Positions 35,623-48,245 are shown, counted from the whole stretch's first letter. The stretch: 62,913 bases of DNA, filler included, from Sphacelaria rigidula (GCA_964200075.2; 11 parts of 11 records of this genome joined end to end with filler, not necessarily neighbours in it), one strand, 5' to 3'. Numbers and translations are program-made. The notes: generated by a model from the letters alone, not told the origin.

Positions 35623-35970
35623 CACGCGGCCATTTGGCTACCCCCAAAATTCCTCCAGGTCGGTCAACTTTTCGAGCCTCTAGGGGATTTAAACGCCTCC
35701 GGAGGGATGCGCGGCCCTCCAGAGGATGTTTTTTGGTTTCCTCCAGAGGGATTAAGCGCCCCCGGGGGCTTGTTTTGCCTCTGGAGGGCCGTGCGTCTCT
35801 CCGAAGGGATTCTGCTACCCCCAAATTCCTCCGGAGGGGTGCGCGGCCCTCCATATCGGTAGGGTTTGGTTTCCCCCAGAGGGATTGAAGCTCTCCGGGG
35901 GCTTGTTTTGCCTCTGGAGAGCCGCGCATCCCTCCGGAGGCATTTTGGGGGGTAGCTAAATTGCCGCGTG
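35623..35970. mobile_element. MITE-like element with ~35-bp TIRs and an internal ~135-bp duplication
   Basis: CACGCGGCCATTTGGCTACCCCCAAAATTCCTCC / GGAGGCATTTTGGGGGGTAGCTAAATTGCCGCGTG. The palindrome CCTCCGGAGG recurs internally. Confidence 0.7.
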
Positions 35971-37415
35971 TGCATTGATCCTGAGGGGAACCAGCGCTCT
36001 GTTCGGCTTCCTGCCGTGATTAGGATTAGACCCCAGGGGAAGTCCGGAAATAACGGGTGGTTTTCTTGGAAAGCACTCATTCATTGTAACGGGTATTAAG
36101 CGTTCAAGCAAGGAAATTTCGATTTTGAACAGGGAAAGATGTACTACGATACCCCTAAATACTCTTCTACATGTTTCATTCCGAGCGGTGTTCACCAAAT
36201 ACCCCCACAATTGTCACAAATCCCATCTGAGGGGGAGGGTGCCAGCGCTTTCCGTCGCTGGATCAGACCCCGTTTGGGACTGTCACGGGGGATATTCAAA
36301 CTGCAGCTGTCGCGGGTTCTAAATTAAAAAAAAGCGGCTCGGATTTTGCAAGCGCGTTGTACCACAGTAATATCTTTCGACAGCCCCACCGCGGAACCGG
36401 TTCTCAACACAGCCACGGCGGAAGTGACCATACAAGGCGTGATAGCTGGTTCAGACTGGATGAGGCGCCTCGCATGGGCACTACTGGCGAAACAATCCCA
36501 AGCGTGGGACTAACCCTTACCCCCGTTGTGTGTGTCTGCAGCTTTACTGTGGGGCTTCCATTTGATCCAACTGACCACTGTACTACTGTAGTGATGCTGT
36601 ACTCTGGTGTGCTGGTATATCTCAGCAGACTGCTGAATGATGCTGCGTTTCAAAGATCGTTGGCGTCTGCCGCCGCATTGGATCGTTCCGCTGACGGCGA
36701 TCGTCGCCGGCGCAACAGTATGAAGTCTCTCTCAGATACTCAATTCGAGGCGCTCAAAAACTGGATGACTAGTCCAAAGAAGTATATTTTCAGCATGCTC
36801 TGTTACATGTTCCGTAGCGCTTAGACGCAGGGGTTACGCAAAAGATGCCACACACTGAATGCCGGCGGCTTTTCTGTTGAGCTGCTCATCATCATGCTTG
36901 CGCTGCCGTGCAGAAACTTCTCGGTTAGGGTTACATGGTCGAAACCGCTTGCGAATCCCGAGCCTTTTGGACGAAACAAATGAAATTTCTATGGTCCGTT
37001 GAACCTCACCCAAATGTTGAACCTCAAAAACGAATCCAGGCAAATAGCAGCATAACTTGCGCCCATCGTGCTCTTTTCCCGAACGTTTTTTTTTCTTCAG
37101 AGGAACCGCGCTGCTGTACAACACACCAAGCCGGCCTCTTTTTGAGGCCCCACCAAAATAGTTGCTTACACCCCAGCAGAAGTCGCTCGATATCACCACC
37201 CCAACTTTGCAGCCCCGGTGAAAAGCATTCCTCCTGTCACAGAGTGGAACGTGTCTACTGCTGGAGGTGCCTCTCAGGGGGCGGAACGCAAGAATTTTAG
37301 CAGTTCGGAGAGGGATGCGCTGATTCGGTACCTTGCACCTGAGCTTCTGTATCCTTCCGATGGGGTGCAAAGAAGCCAGTGTTTTCCCTGATCAGGGAAT
37401 AATAACACACCATCC

Positions 37416-37417
<2 letters not shown>

Positions 37418-37449
<32 letters not shown>
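37418..37449. repeat. (GT)16 microsatellite
   Basis: Direct reading. Confidence 0.95.
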
Positions 37450-37454
<5 letters not shown>

Positions 37455-38097
37455 ATTCCCATGTGTTACCTCATCATATATATACAAAAGTTGATCAATT
37501 GTCGACAGTGCCAAGATGGCCTGTTTTTGACTATATGTATATAACACAAACCTTGCTTACATTCTGGACATCGGATCCTTGCTTACATTACGGGACAGAG
37601 GTAGTATAAATCAAGTAATCAGCGACCCGCTGATGTGATTGTTGATATAAATCGAATACATTTCTTCTTCATCAAAATCAACCCTGATTAAGAAATAATT
37701 GATAGGTTGACCAGCAACCCTACAGCGCAGTGGGACGGAAAACTGGAGAATGACGGTCGAACTGCAGCATAGTACAATACCGAAATCTGGTGTTGATGCT
37801 TTCCAAGAGACAGCCGTCGCTTATTTGTGCCCTGTACCGCGTGGAATCGAGGCGGAGTTCTTTAAAAGTATACATAAAGAAATGTTCTACACAAGAATTT
37901 CAAATATTGGTGATGGCATACTTGATTGACTTTGTTGACTTCGTTGTATCTTGTTTCCTCAGAGGGTGATAAATAAGGTGACCTTATTGCCGGCGACACT
38001 GGCCGGACTGCAGCGGCCAACAGTCTAGGCAGTCGGTACTAACCCAGTACCAGCAACGTTGTCGAATTCGATCAAGGATAACGTAGAGTGGACAAGT

Positions 38098-38258
38098 ATG
38101 CGAGCCTTCATCATTTCAGATACCATCGTCGCCGGTGCCAACGGAAGTGCTGGGCGCCTAACCAACGATGCGTCAATTCCGGAGGTTGCCGGCGGAGAAG
38201 CGTTAGTTCGCGTTCTCCGGGCTGGGGTGTGCAACACGGATCTCGAACTTCTGGCAGG
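38098..38258 (+). CDS. N-terminal coding exon of a zinc-dependent medium-chain dehydrogenase/reductase (alcohol dehydrogenase GroES-like domain)
   Basis: MRAFIISD...IPEVAGGEALVRVLRAGVCNTDLELLAG, containing the catalytic Zn ligand motif GxCxTD. A phase-2 donor GG|GTGAGA follows. The next exon (GHE motif) is not visible in this contig, and an upstream exon cannot be excluded. Confidence 0.85.
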
Positions 38259-39344
38259 GTGAGAGCTATACGAGAGGGTTTGCTTCACAGGGAGCAAGAC
38301 CGCTTTGTGTGCTGTGTACAGGATGTTGCTACGAGCTCTGTATGTGTTAGCGAGAGCCTAGTTCTACCAGTTACGTTTGCCAGGCGCGTACTGTAACAGT
38401 TGTATCACACTGTTATGCGGTGAATGAAGGCCTTACCGACCAAAAATCCGTGGTCAACTAAAAAAATACGAACGCGGAGGGATATTGGAGACGTATTGAA
38501 GACGTCATTGACTGGTCGGACCTGTGCCAAACCTGTGCCAAACAGAATAGACGCTCCACCCCGAGTTACCTACGCTTAGTATGCGACATCAGCATTTTTT
38601 TCATTGCATAATTCTCGAGACAGGAAGCAAACCGGCCTGTGGCACTTGACAGCCCTCCGCGCACACGCTAGATCTATTCAGCCCCGCAACGGAATTGCTC
38701 AATTCGCCAGAGCGGATCCGAAACGCCCCCGAACGTCGAAGAAAATGCGTTTTTCGTACATTTTGGGCGGTTTGAAAAGTGCTGCGGGCTCCGCAGCATG
38801 CGTTACGGCAAGCCATTGCGTCGCTGAAAAGTTCTGGTGTGTGGGAAGCGCACGCATCAAACCGCAGTTCAATCCTCTGTCTCGTTGCCGAGATATCTGC
38901 GTTGAAAAATCGGCACTTGCGGCGTCAGGAACAGCATCGTGTATCGAGGAGAAAAATGCGGAATTCTCAAATGCTCGGTGTTTGGAAACTCGAGAAAAAA
39001 ACGGACTCCCGCGCAGCGTGGACGAAGTACAAGGGAAAAACCGGCCAAGATTTATCCCGTGCCTTGACAGCCACGCGCAAGGTCAAGACGGCGCCTCAAC
39101 GCGCAGAGAAGGCTGAAAAATAACTGAAGGCTGCCACCGAAAGGCTCAACGCGGTCACTGAAATGTTTGACGCGGCTGTTTCATGTCAGAGTGTTGGGTC
39201 CAGCGCATAAGCTAAGCCGCTGCGCTCAATTGTCATTGCGGTCTTCTGGTCCTTTCACAGTCGGGAGACAGCAATGATGTTTTCCGTAACGGACTGTGAT
39301 ACTAACAACAATATGTGAACAATGCAACATGGGACAAGCTTCGT

Positions 39345-39545
39345 TTTGAAGGGTATGTGTTTGTATCTACTGTCCTGCCATTTGGTGCTGATTTCTTGTA
39401 TGCGCTCGTGTACGAGGGGCAAATCGTTCTCCCAACATAAAGTACCACGAGCCATATAGTTTGCTCTGATCAAAATTGGCTGTGTTGTCTCTACGCTGTC
39501 GAGCGCACAAGCCAGGGTCTCAAGCGCCATCTTTTCTATGTTCGA
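39345..39545 (-). pseudogene. Possible decayed DNA-transposase (hAT-like) fragment in an intron
   Basis: ALETLACALDSVETTQPILIRANY...ENDLPLVHERIQEISTKW loosely resembles the hAT P.V.ATY.LEGD.PL region. Recognition by eye only. Confidence 0.3.
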
Positions 39546-40001
39546 AGCACTGCCTTTGATAGACCGAAGGCAGCCATGACGTTTGTTGTCACTACTGCCT
39601 GTGTGCACTAATAACAAGATAACAGAAGGAAAATATGAGACTGGACAGGCGAGATATTTGTGCATTGCGTCTGTACACCAACGACAATCGAAGAAAATGT
39701 GCTGTCACCACTGCCTGTGTACATCGATCACAAGCTACTCTGTGTTGCTGTGCCAAGCAACTTCGCGTTACAACAGCAAGTGCCCGTCACCTCTCGAATT
39801 GCAGTGGGCAAGGTCACACATGAAATTTGCCTGATCGTACGTCGGACGGATCAAGCGCAGGAGCCCACGTGTGAAGAGCGCGTTTGACCATCGTCTGTGT
39901 AACGCACTTCACGGACTAATAGCAGCAGCCCTGATGTCTGTTGCCACTGCCGCCTGTGTACACTAACAACAACATGTAAACATCGCGGTTGGCAAGTTGC
40001 A

Positions 40002-40101
40002 NNNNNNNNNNNNNNNNNNNNNNNNNNNNNNNNNNNNNNNNNNNNTTAATTAATTAANNNNNNNNNNNNNNNNNNNNNNNNNNNNNNNNNNNNNNNNNNN
40101 N
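40002..40101. other. Artificial contig linker
   Basis: N44-TTAATTAATTAA-N44. Confidence 0.99.
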
Positions 40102-41509
40102 GGGCCTTGTTTTTGGGCACTCTCGTGTGAGCCCAGGATTTTTTTTTCTGGGCGCCCCTGGCTGAACCGCAATCGATCGCCGACATCGCACCTTGAATCC
40201 CCACTCCGACTCACGTTTTGGCATTTTCTTAACACACACGACTGATTGCGCCCGCTGATATGAGGTGAAATGCGCGCATGCTGGGAATGAACAAACTCCG
40301 CCGTAGGACAGAAGTACTGGTATCTACATGTCGGAACGATCCCGCCCGTAAATCTTCGCACTACTTTCATGAGGGGGTGTCAGTCACCGTCAGGTAGTGA
40401 TAAATATCAGAGTTTCAGCTGCAGCGGTCACGCGGAGTAACACAAGCGCTGGTGAATCCCTGAGGGGAACGCTATCACCCTGCACAGAGATATTATGGCA
40501 CAAGGTCACCTAATCATGTCTATTCGTGTGCAAGTCGCAGATACCGCAATCATGGCCGTGCGATGGCGGGGTCGCACCTTCTTCTCGTTGAAGAGCATCT
40601 CACCATATCTCGTGGGCACTGCTACAAATGGGATGTCGCACAGAGCCTACCAGTCACGCAAGATACATGAAGCAGGAAATAATGGCCAGTGTCACTAGGG
40701 CCCAGGCCGTGCTACACATTGTGGCGTGGGGTTTGCTTTACCCAACCCTAACTCATATGAGCACTATGTGAGCACTGCAGCATATACTCCGAGGGGGGTG
40801 TCATACCGTCGATCAACCTGTATTCATCCGTACAGACTGTACTGCACTAACTATAGTAGCGTCAGGAAGCCGTCATGCGCAACATGAGCGAGCAATGTCA
40901 ACTTCGGGTCGTCATCAACTCGCAGCGAATACGCACGGGCAATAAAAGATGAACTGTAGTCATGAATTACTGCAGTTCGGAGACATGTGCCGATGCATGG
41001 TGCAGCGCGCCGCACCGCAGCGAACACTTCGCAACCTCCCTGTATATGTCTACTCTTCACCGCAGTCATGGCCTGCGTCGTACAGTGAAGAACGGTAACC
41101 AGCCAGGGTATGCGGACCACAGGCAATCGATTCACGGCATTGTCGTCACTACGTTGAGACATACATATACCGGGCAATCAATGTTTCTCAACCACGCAGA
41201 GACGTACCTTCTTTCCCCTCCCGCCGAGATATGCGCTCCATGACCTCTGTAGTGCCACTTATCCGGGCTGATGTGGAGCCCTCTTCCCCCAAATCGTCTG
41301 CGCCCTCAGCATTATATGTTTGGCCTTGGAGCATGACCGTCTCACAGTGTTTTGCCGTTTCGGATTATTTAGATGATCAACACACCGCCTCCATAATATT
41401 GAAAAGGAATAACACTGTGAAACAGAGCATTTCGGAAATCGCAAGAGGAGTGATCAATACGTCGCAGATGACAACAGTCGACACAATAGTCCCGGTTGCC
41501 GAAGAGCCA

Positions 41510-42031
41510 TGATACAAACGGAATATTGTTTGCCTTAATGGTAGTTCACATGCATGTCTCTACTGTACAAGTCGAGTACTAGAGCGAACAACAATAGCAT
41601 TTCGGTCATGCAGGTTACGAGGTTTTGCTTGCTCATGCAAATATGACTTACTTTTACTATTATATATGGCTACACACTTAACCATTCCATTTGGCACAGT
41701 TCGATTTTACTATCATGTCAACATTCTAGCATCTGCTCGATGCTGGAATCAAACATTTTACTGTCTCATCGTTACTCTTGAAACAATCGTAAGCTCACAG
41801 CATGTGGGTAAGTCCAACGTAGAATGACACAGGACGAACGTCACGATATGCTTGGTCACAGATCAAGGCCGGTTTCTTTTCTCTTTCTCTCATTGGTGGT
41901 GTCGAGACTTCGCACTTCCGGAAAGGAGTGGACACCAGGGTGCACCCGATTGGGTCGATCCTCGGAAAGAACCGGATCCAACCAGATGTAAAGAGGCATG
42001 TTTATGTATTCCGTCTCTCGACGGATTTACA
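41510..42031 (-). repeat. 3' LTR (522 bp, TG...CA)
   Basis: Starts TGTAAATCC just after the PPT (42046-42032) and ends TTTGTATCA. The end is confirmed by the second copy ending at 34714. Confidence 0.85.
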
Positions 42032-43699
42032 TAACGCCTCACCCCTGACTGCGGTACCAGCTAGTCCCGCAATCAGCCCTCCGGGCGCGTAAGTCGTTTT
42101 GAATCGACGGCCCATCATCGTACTACCCTTATCCACCACGCCACGCCGCGATCCGTAACATTTGAATTTTAAATGTAGACACCTGCATGACCAAATTACC
42201 CCAATGGCACTCAGATGCATACGAAAACATTAACACATGACAATCAGGACGAGGATGGAACAGCGTCACGGTATGAGCCACGAGATCCTTCGCTGCTGCC
42301 CACGCCTGCAGCCTGCTCTCCGTCCACGATGCAGCCTTCTTCGGAAACGCCATATCTGGGCTGGACCACCCCGCCTGCAAATTCCGTAACACCAACCCGA
42401 GCGCCAAAAGAGCCACCACGCACAACGCTAACCAACTCGACTTCACTGGATCGTGCCGCCGCTGCTTCGTCTTCACCGCGGACGCCCCAGATTTCAGCTG
42501 AAGACGCATGGGCTCCACGCGCGCAGGAGGATCATCCCGCAGCGCACGACGAAACGCGTTGACGCGGCGATGCAATAACCGCGCAGGCGCTTCGCTCTTG
42601 GGACGCTGAGGCCTTTCGCCCCGGCATCCGTCACGCTCTCCTCCAGCGCGACCTTCCGAGCGGACTACTAAGCGTTCCACCGCCGTATCCCACTCCATGG
42701 TCACCTGCCCCCCCTAGCCTCCTGAAAAGCATCCACCGACAAGCTCACGTGACGACTGCCCAAAAAGGCGGCCGTCTCCACGTGCAGACCAGGCCGAGAC
42801 ATCCGCGCCTTGATGGAGTCCTTCAACCGCTCATACGAGTCGACTCCTAGATCCTGTAGCGTCGGCAGCCCCAGGAGAACAACGCCATCCGAACTTGGCA
42901 TAATCGCAAACGATATTGGAGGAAACGGAGCCAGCCCTTAAGCAGTATTGAAGGCTAGCTGCAACGGAACAGCACGCTCCGTGACTGAAACATGCTGACT
43001 CGACACGGTGGCTGCCTGCTGCGCCCCAAGCGAAAACGGGATGCGCAGCGGCACACCCGGGAGTTGACGCTCCAGCATCTCAAACATCTGCACCGGCAGA
43101 CTAGTGAAATGGGCGCCAGAACCCAACGCAGACCGAAGCACAATGGCTCCACGCTGCCCTTGACTCGGAAGACATCACTCCGCCGGAATGTATCTGTCGG
43201 CAAGCTCCACGGGAACTTCTTCCGTTGACCGATGCCCCGCTAATCCCACTTGACGTCACGGCTGCGCAAGCTGCGCAGGCGAAGACGCCCCGGCAGGTTC
43301 AAACAGCACCGCCAGTGGGTACGCCCCTCAGCCAGCAAACCAAGAATTTGGCGACCCTCCGACAAGTGCGTCAACAGGCGTCGCGCCTGGCGCTGCTGCC
43401 GGTGTCGTCGCCAGCGCCACCACCGGCGCCGGGGAAGTGTTCGACTCTGTAGAAGTCGGGCCCACCTGCACCGCCCGTTGCGGAGCAGCAGCACCTACGG
43501 CGGCGCCGGACTCAGAGCCAGGCCTATGCTGACGCCGCTGCCCCTGCTGCTGCTGCTTCTGCTGCTATTGCGGCTGCTGCTGAGGGCTCGCCTGTGACCC
43601 TCCATCGCCGGAGGGTCCGCCACCACCACCACGATTGCCTCGTCTTTTGCCCTTGTGCTGACAATGCTGATGGCGCGCGGCACTAGACAGCCCAGACTC

Positions 43700-44516
43700 T
43701 CCACCGGAAGACGTTGGGCAATCGCGCGCGTAATGGCCGACCTGGCCACAGTGGTGGCAAGTAATACTCGCGGCGCGACCGGCCGATTTCGAGCCATGGT
43801 TACGCAAAGCTTTTGGCGAAGAGGTGAGACGACTGACCGAACACCTCTATTTTTCGCCACTCCTTGGCCTCGGCCACGACGGTGCTCATCACCAGGTATG
43901 GGTCGGCCTTCCAGTCTGTTTGGTGCTGCAGCTTGATTAGCACGGCTTGCTTGATTTTTTCTGGTGCCAACCCCTCCACCAACGCCTTAGTGATTACCGC
44001 TGCCGGGCCGGGAATGACCTCACCATCGGAGGAACGATATACTAGTTCCACGTTCGGATTTTCCGTGAAGTACTTCTCCAAACTGGACAGGATGGGCTCC
44101 ACCCGCTCCAACATTGTTTCCCCCCAAGAATCTATGTCGACAGCTTTTGCCACGGCCGCGGACGCTTGGGTCAGATCTACTTTAGCGCCCGCCGCATGCC
44201 CAGCATGCTTTTTGATCACCGCAACCAATTGCGGCGGGGTGATAGTGCTCTCATCATGTTCCAAACGAGCGAACACTCTCTGTCCATCAGTTGGCACTAG
44301 TTGAGCCATTGTCATCACCTGATGCCGCACGGCATCCCCTGCATTAGCGTGCTCCACACGCTTCTTGTATTGCAAATACCTCGTGTAACAAGTACGAGAT
44401 GCACTCTCTGAGTACCTATCCCCGTATTGAGGAGGTCGCAACTCTCCCCGTACGACCACGCGGGCGTCACGCTGGACATATTTCGCGAACCGGTCGCCAT
44501 AACTGTAACCGGTCAC
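43700..44516 (-). pseudogene. gag: Gypsy gag remnant with zinc knuckle (frameshifted)
   Basis: 238-aa ORF 43800-44516, then C-x2-C-x4-H-x4-C in a shifted frame. Confidence 0.8.
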
Positions 44517-45025
44517 CTACGAACTTTCACAGACCAGCGGACTTTCGCGAACTGCACACTTTCCTTGCTTCGTCGCCGCACCACACAGTCGTAGGAGCCT
44601 CCAAACTCCCGCTGAACGCAGCTTCAGCAAGTCTCTAGCCTGGATCAATCACAGGCCAGCCGCCTTTCTGCAGCTGCCTCAGCTGGAACTCTCTCCACTC
44701 GTCCGCGGTTTATCAGGTTTCCACAGCTGCCAGACTTCTTCCGCCGAATTCCTTTCCAGAAGGTTTCTAGCACTCACACTAGCACTATCACTAACATCGA
44801 TATTGTGACGCCAGCCAGTGGAAGAACTGCTAGATCACTGCTGTTGAGGGACTCTCTCCAGTCTTAGTGGCCTCAGTTTCAGTTGTCAGCCTTCACAATG
44901 TCTTATATTATCGGAGTGACCTTCCAAGGCACCCACCTAGAAGCGCCAGGGTATCAACCTAGTGTCCCCGATCATTATCCATATCATCACTACAAACTCA
45001 ACGTAACGGCGTATTTTCGTCCCAG

Positions 45026-45382
45026 TGCATCCCAAGAGCAGTGGTTTCAGATCCCTACACCAAGGTATGTATTCTGGTCCACGATCGGCAATTCCTCTTC
45101 TCCCCACTGCCATTTGAACTCTACCGGATTTTTCTGATCTTCGTTACATACGAGTACCGCGCAGTTGTTAATGTTCGCTGTCACTCTCCATTCACTAGTG
45201 CATTTTAAAGCCTTTTCTATTTGTTATTGCAGTCCTTCTGCTGTTCCTGAAATCCCCACAAAATCATCTGCGAACATCAAACCTGATATCACATCTTCAC
45301 CAACCATGACTCCTCGATTTGCTGCTTCTACCGCTAATATCAGGCCATTAATGAATATCTTGAACAAAGTGGGTGATATTGT
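45026..45382 (-). mobile_element. LINE reverse transcriptase fragment with stop codons
   Basis: TISPTLFKIFINGLILAVEAANRGVMVGEDVISGLMFADDFVGISGTAEGLQ*QIEKAL...WRVTANINNCAVLV...LPIVDQNTYLGV (SPxLF, FADD and YLG motifs). Confidence 0.92.
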
Positions 45383-45449
45383 ATGTACTGGCACTTTTGG
45401 GCTCGGAGGGGAAGGGAGGGGGGAGGGGGGGCTGCCGTATAAAAGACTT

Positions 45450-45575
45450 GTCTTCCAGAAGCTAAACCCAGGGGAGATTGTGGCAATGCTTATCGTTTAC
45501 GCGGACGATCTCTTGGCCCTTATCACCGCGTCAGAGATGATGGAGTTGTTGATACTTTGATGAATGAATTCAAAA
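45450..45575 (+). mobile_element. Ty1/Copia reverse transcriptase scrap
   Basis: VFQKLNPGEIVAMLIVYADDLLALITASEMME, a Copia-type (L/I)xVYVDDLL context. Confidence 0.65.
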
Positions 45576-45729
45576 TGCTGAAGTATACACGGGTGGCCAC
45601 TTGGGTCTGTAACCTGGCCATTTTGGGACCTTATCCACATTTGGTAAGGTCCGCGGATTAGGTGGACAACTGACGAGCATTCGCACAGCATGGACAGGAT
45701 CGAAACAAAACATGTCCCAGTCTATAGGC

Positions 45730-45829
45730 NNNNNNNNNNNNNNNNNNNNNNNNNNNNNNNNNNNNNNNNNNNNTTAATTAATTAANNNNNNNNNNNNNNN
45801 NNNNNNNNNNNNNNNNNNNNNNNNNNNNN
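45730..45829. other. Artificial contig linker
   Basis: N44-TTAATTAATTAA-N44. Confidence 0.99.
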
Positions 45830-46773
45830 CAGCCAACAATGAGTTGCTTCATTCTGTGGTATCGCCACTTCCGGAGACAGTCACGGCTTACACACTGCCT
45901 CATGGGTGTCGAACCAGAGGGGGGGGGGTCTTACCGTAGCTCTCAAAGTCTCATACTGCTTTGATGCTTGCCTCACACCGAACTCGAATCTCGTCCGTTT
46001 CGAATCTTAATCGTTTCTCTCTTGTCGGCAGCAATTTTAGACCCATGTTTAGAGCGAATGCCTCGAGAAGCAAGAAACACGCGAGTATTCGTCATGGAGT
46101 CGAAATTCATCAACACTGAATCCGTTCTGTACTCGAGCACCAACGTGCCTTTCCACAAAAAAAATAAGCATCATTCAGTTACCGTCTTGAAACTGAAAGA
46201 TACCAGAACAAAGTTCTAAACAGAACAAGACAGAAACAAAAGCTAGTTGCGTGTAAATCTGTGAGCAGCGTCTACCCGGTGCAGGTCACCTCCTCAGCCA
46301 ATGTCTCCTATTCTGTGCAAACATGTTCTATGAAGGCTACAGTTCCACAGGAAGGGGTGCGCCCAAGATTGTTTGGGAGAAATGCGACGAAGTGGTGTAA
46401 CCCCAGCTGTTCATCCGCAGCTAATGCGTAGTGGGCGTCTGCTACCCAGTCCGCGGGGTAGGTGCACAGCTACAAAAAAGTTTTTCGTTTTTTTGTTGAG
46501 AATCAACGCGCACTTACTCTTTGATTTCAACTTCGACGTCACATGCGACTCCGCACTTCATTATTGACTTCGTGGTGAGAAGATAATTCGTTCTCACCGT
46601 TTAGCAGGAGTCTGCAATAGGGGTGCGTCATCTCGGGGGAATTGAACAACGGCCAATCTGGCGGAGGCATGTCTGTGCGGACGTTCTTCAGCAAAACACA
46701 CGGGGTGCTCGCCTGAAACGGCCCTCGAAATAAACACGAAACACGAAATCCATTGCATTACAGACGTACGCAC

Positions 46774-46834
46774 CTCTATGGGAGTCGCACTGGAGTTGCT
46801 CGCTAGAAGCCATCCCATCACAATCGCCCCGCTC
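46774..46834 (-). CDS. PTPMT1: PTPMT1-like phosphatase, fourth visible exon
   Basis: TTTTTCCCCTTCCCAG|G AGC GGG...ATA GAG|GTGCGT. Completes the Arg of CX5R, then SGAIVMGWLLASNSSATPIE. The phase matches the previous exon. The final exon was not found in the contig. Confidence 0.88.
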
Positions 46835-47404
46835 CTGGGAAGGGGAAAAAGAGGCGAAGCGGTGGAAAATGTAAGCTGCATGAAAAATAGCACATGATGC
46901 TCGCCTCCACCTAGTTTAGGTGGCGCCCATCGAAGCGTTCATTAGACCAGCGTGAATACCTCTTCCAGGCTTTCACCATTTGTTGAATAAGTGACGGCGC
47001 AAAAGCACGGTATAGAGACATCCTACGTGCGTACTGTTCACAGCGACTGATGTTGACCCAAGAGGGAAATCACGCCAGCCCCGTGGCGCAGAATTTGGGC
47101 TACATGACAAATCACAGCCATGATTTTGACCCATGGTTACATGAAAAGGAACAGCCGAAATCGTGTGTGCGTTTTGAGCTATATTTTCAACTTACTCGGC
47201 CTCACACGGCATCGCTCAGGGTGTGTGTATCCTCGGAAATAAATGCGCGTTTGATGGGTGTACGTAATATATTGCTTGCGGTACTATAATCGTCGCCTTA
47301 ACCGCTTTCGGTACCAGCGTGCCAAGCCAAAGTGCTAACAAAAAACAAAAAGGCTATAGGAACACGACGTAATCAAGAGCGCTGATCGTCGAGCCTTCGC
47401 TCAC

Positions 47405-47514
47405 CGGCCATGGCCAGCCTTGCAGTGAACCAGGACCCTCTCGCCCCTCTCGTGAAATTTCTTGATGAAATCCACGCCGCGAACGTAGTCAGCCAACTCC
47501 GGTTCAAAGTGATC
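47405..47514 (-). CDS. PTPMT1: PTPMT1-like phosphatase, catalytic exon
   Basis: GGCAG|GAT...GGC CG|GTGAGC. Encodes DHFEPELADYVRGVDFIKKFHERGERVLVHCKAGHG(R), with the HCX5R motif. Confidence 0.93.
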
Positions 47515-48084
47515 CTGCCGGTAATCCATGTACGCCATCAGCAAAGGCGGACGATCAGCTATAAAAAACGAATCGCGTTAGTATAGGACGCATATGACAC
47601 CATGAATTGCGACCAGAGAGCAGGAAATCAATTGCCCAAGTGCAGTACCGTAGAGTGCGAGGAAGATGACACGTCGCCATACTTCTTCAGATTCCGTGTT
47701 TTCGACCCGTACAATCTGGTACGTAAAAGAAGATCCAGGGCAAACACAGATCGCGAGCAAATATACTATTAACGACACAGCTGTTAGCGGCACCTGCATC
47801 GTAGTTTACGAAGCATTTGAGGCTAAAGGCTGGATCCCGCCTCCCTTGGTACGCGGCCCCACATGAGAGTAATATACAATTATAGCGAAAAGCCAAGAAT
47901 ACAACCGCAAACGGAGCAAGTTCGGTGCCGAACACGCCGCCCTCCTAGGAGGACCGGTGGGGTACACAACGTGCACATACCCCTCCGTAAGGCACCTTAC
48001 ATCCAGCAGCACCCTATAGGGTTGCCCAACCTAGACCTATACCGTCACATTCTGTTGAAACCAACGCTCTGTCCATCCGCTTAC

Positions 48085-48245
48085 CACCGTGGGTAGCCAG
48101 AGCTGCTCCATCCCGAAATACTTGTAATCTTGCAATGGGCCTCTGTATTCCCCGCACAAGTTGATAACCCCCCTCACGCCGCTGGCGTGTAGCGTGTCCA
48201 CATGTCCCAGAAATCCCACTGGTGCTGCTCCTAGGAACACCGTGT
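48085..48245 (-). CDS. PTPMT1: PTPMT1-like phosphatase, second visible exon
   Basis: ATCCAG|AC...ACG GTG|GTAAGC. Encodes (D)TVFLGAAPVGFLGHVDTLHASGVRGVINLCGEYRGPLQDYKYFGMEQLWLPTV. Confidence 0.93.

Larger units (their letters stand above)
41510..44830 (-). mobile_element. Internally deleted, decayed Ty3/Gypsy LTR retrotransposon (gag-PR-partial RT-partial RNase H-PPT-3' LTR)
   Basis: Minus-strand order: gag (44516-43800), CCHC knuckle CHHCGQVGHYARDC (43759-43718), protease LGSGA...VLLGLPTL (43141 to about 42810), RT N-terminus (PPARVEPMRLQLK...WSSPDMAFPKK) fused to WTES..AW..AK...MFSYASECHWG, purine tract AGGGGTGAGG, then LTR. Confidence 0.9.

Noticed and set aside
41208..41340. Possible minus-strand exon (TVMLQGQTYNAEGADDLGEEG...KE G|GTACGT)
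   Set aside because: The donor is good but the acceptor is an atypical GAG, with no partner exons and no homology recognised.
46598..46712. Candidate fifth PTPMT1 exon (TTTCAG|GCG...AAC G|GTGAG)
   Set aside because: It implies an intron of only about 60 nt, and its peptide does not resemble the PTPMT1 C-terminal helix region. It needs RNA-seq.
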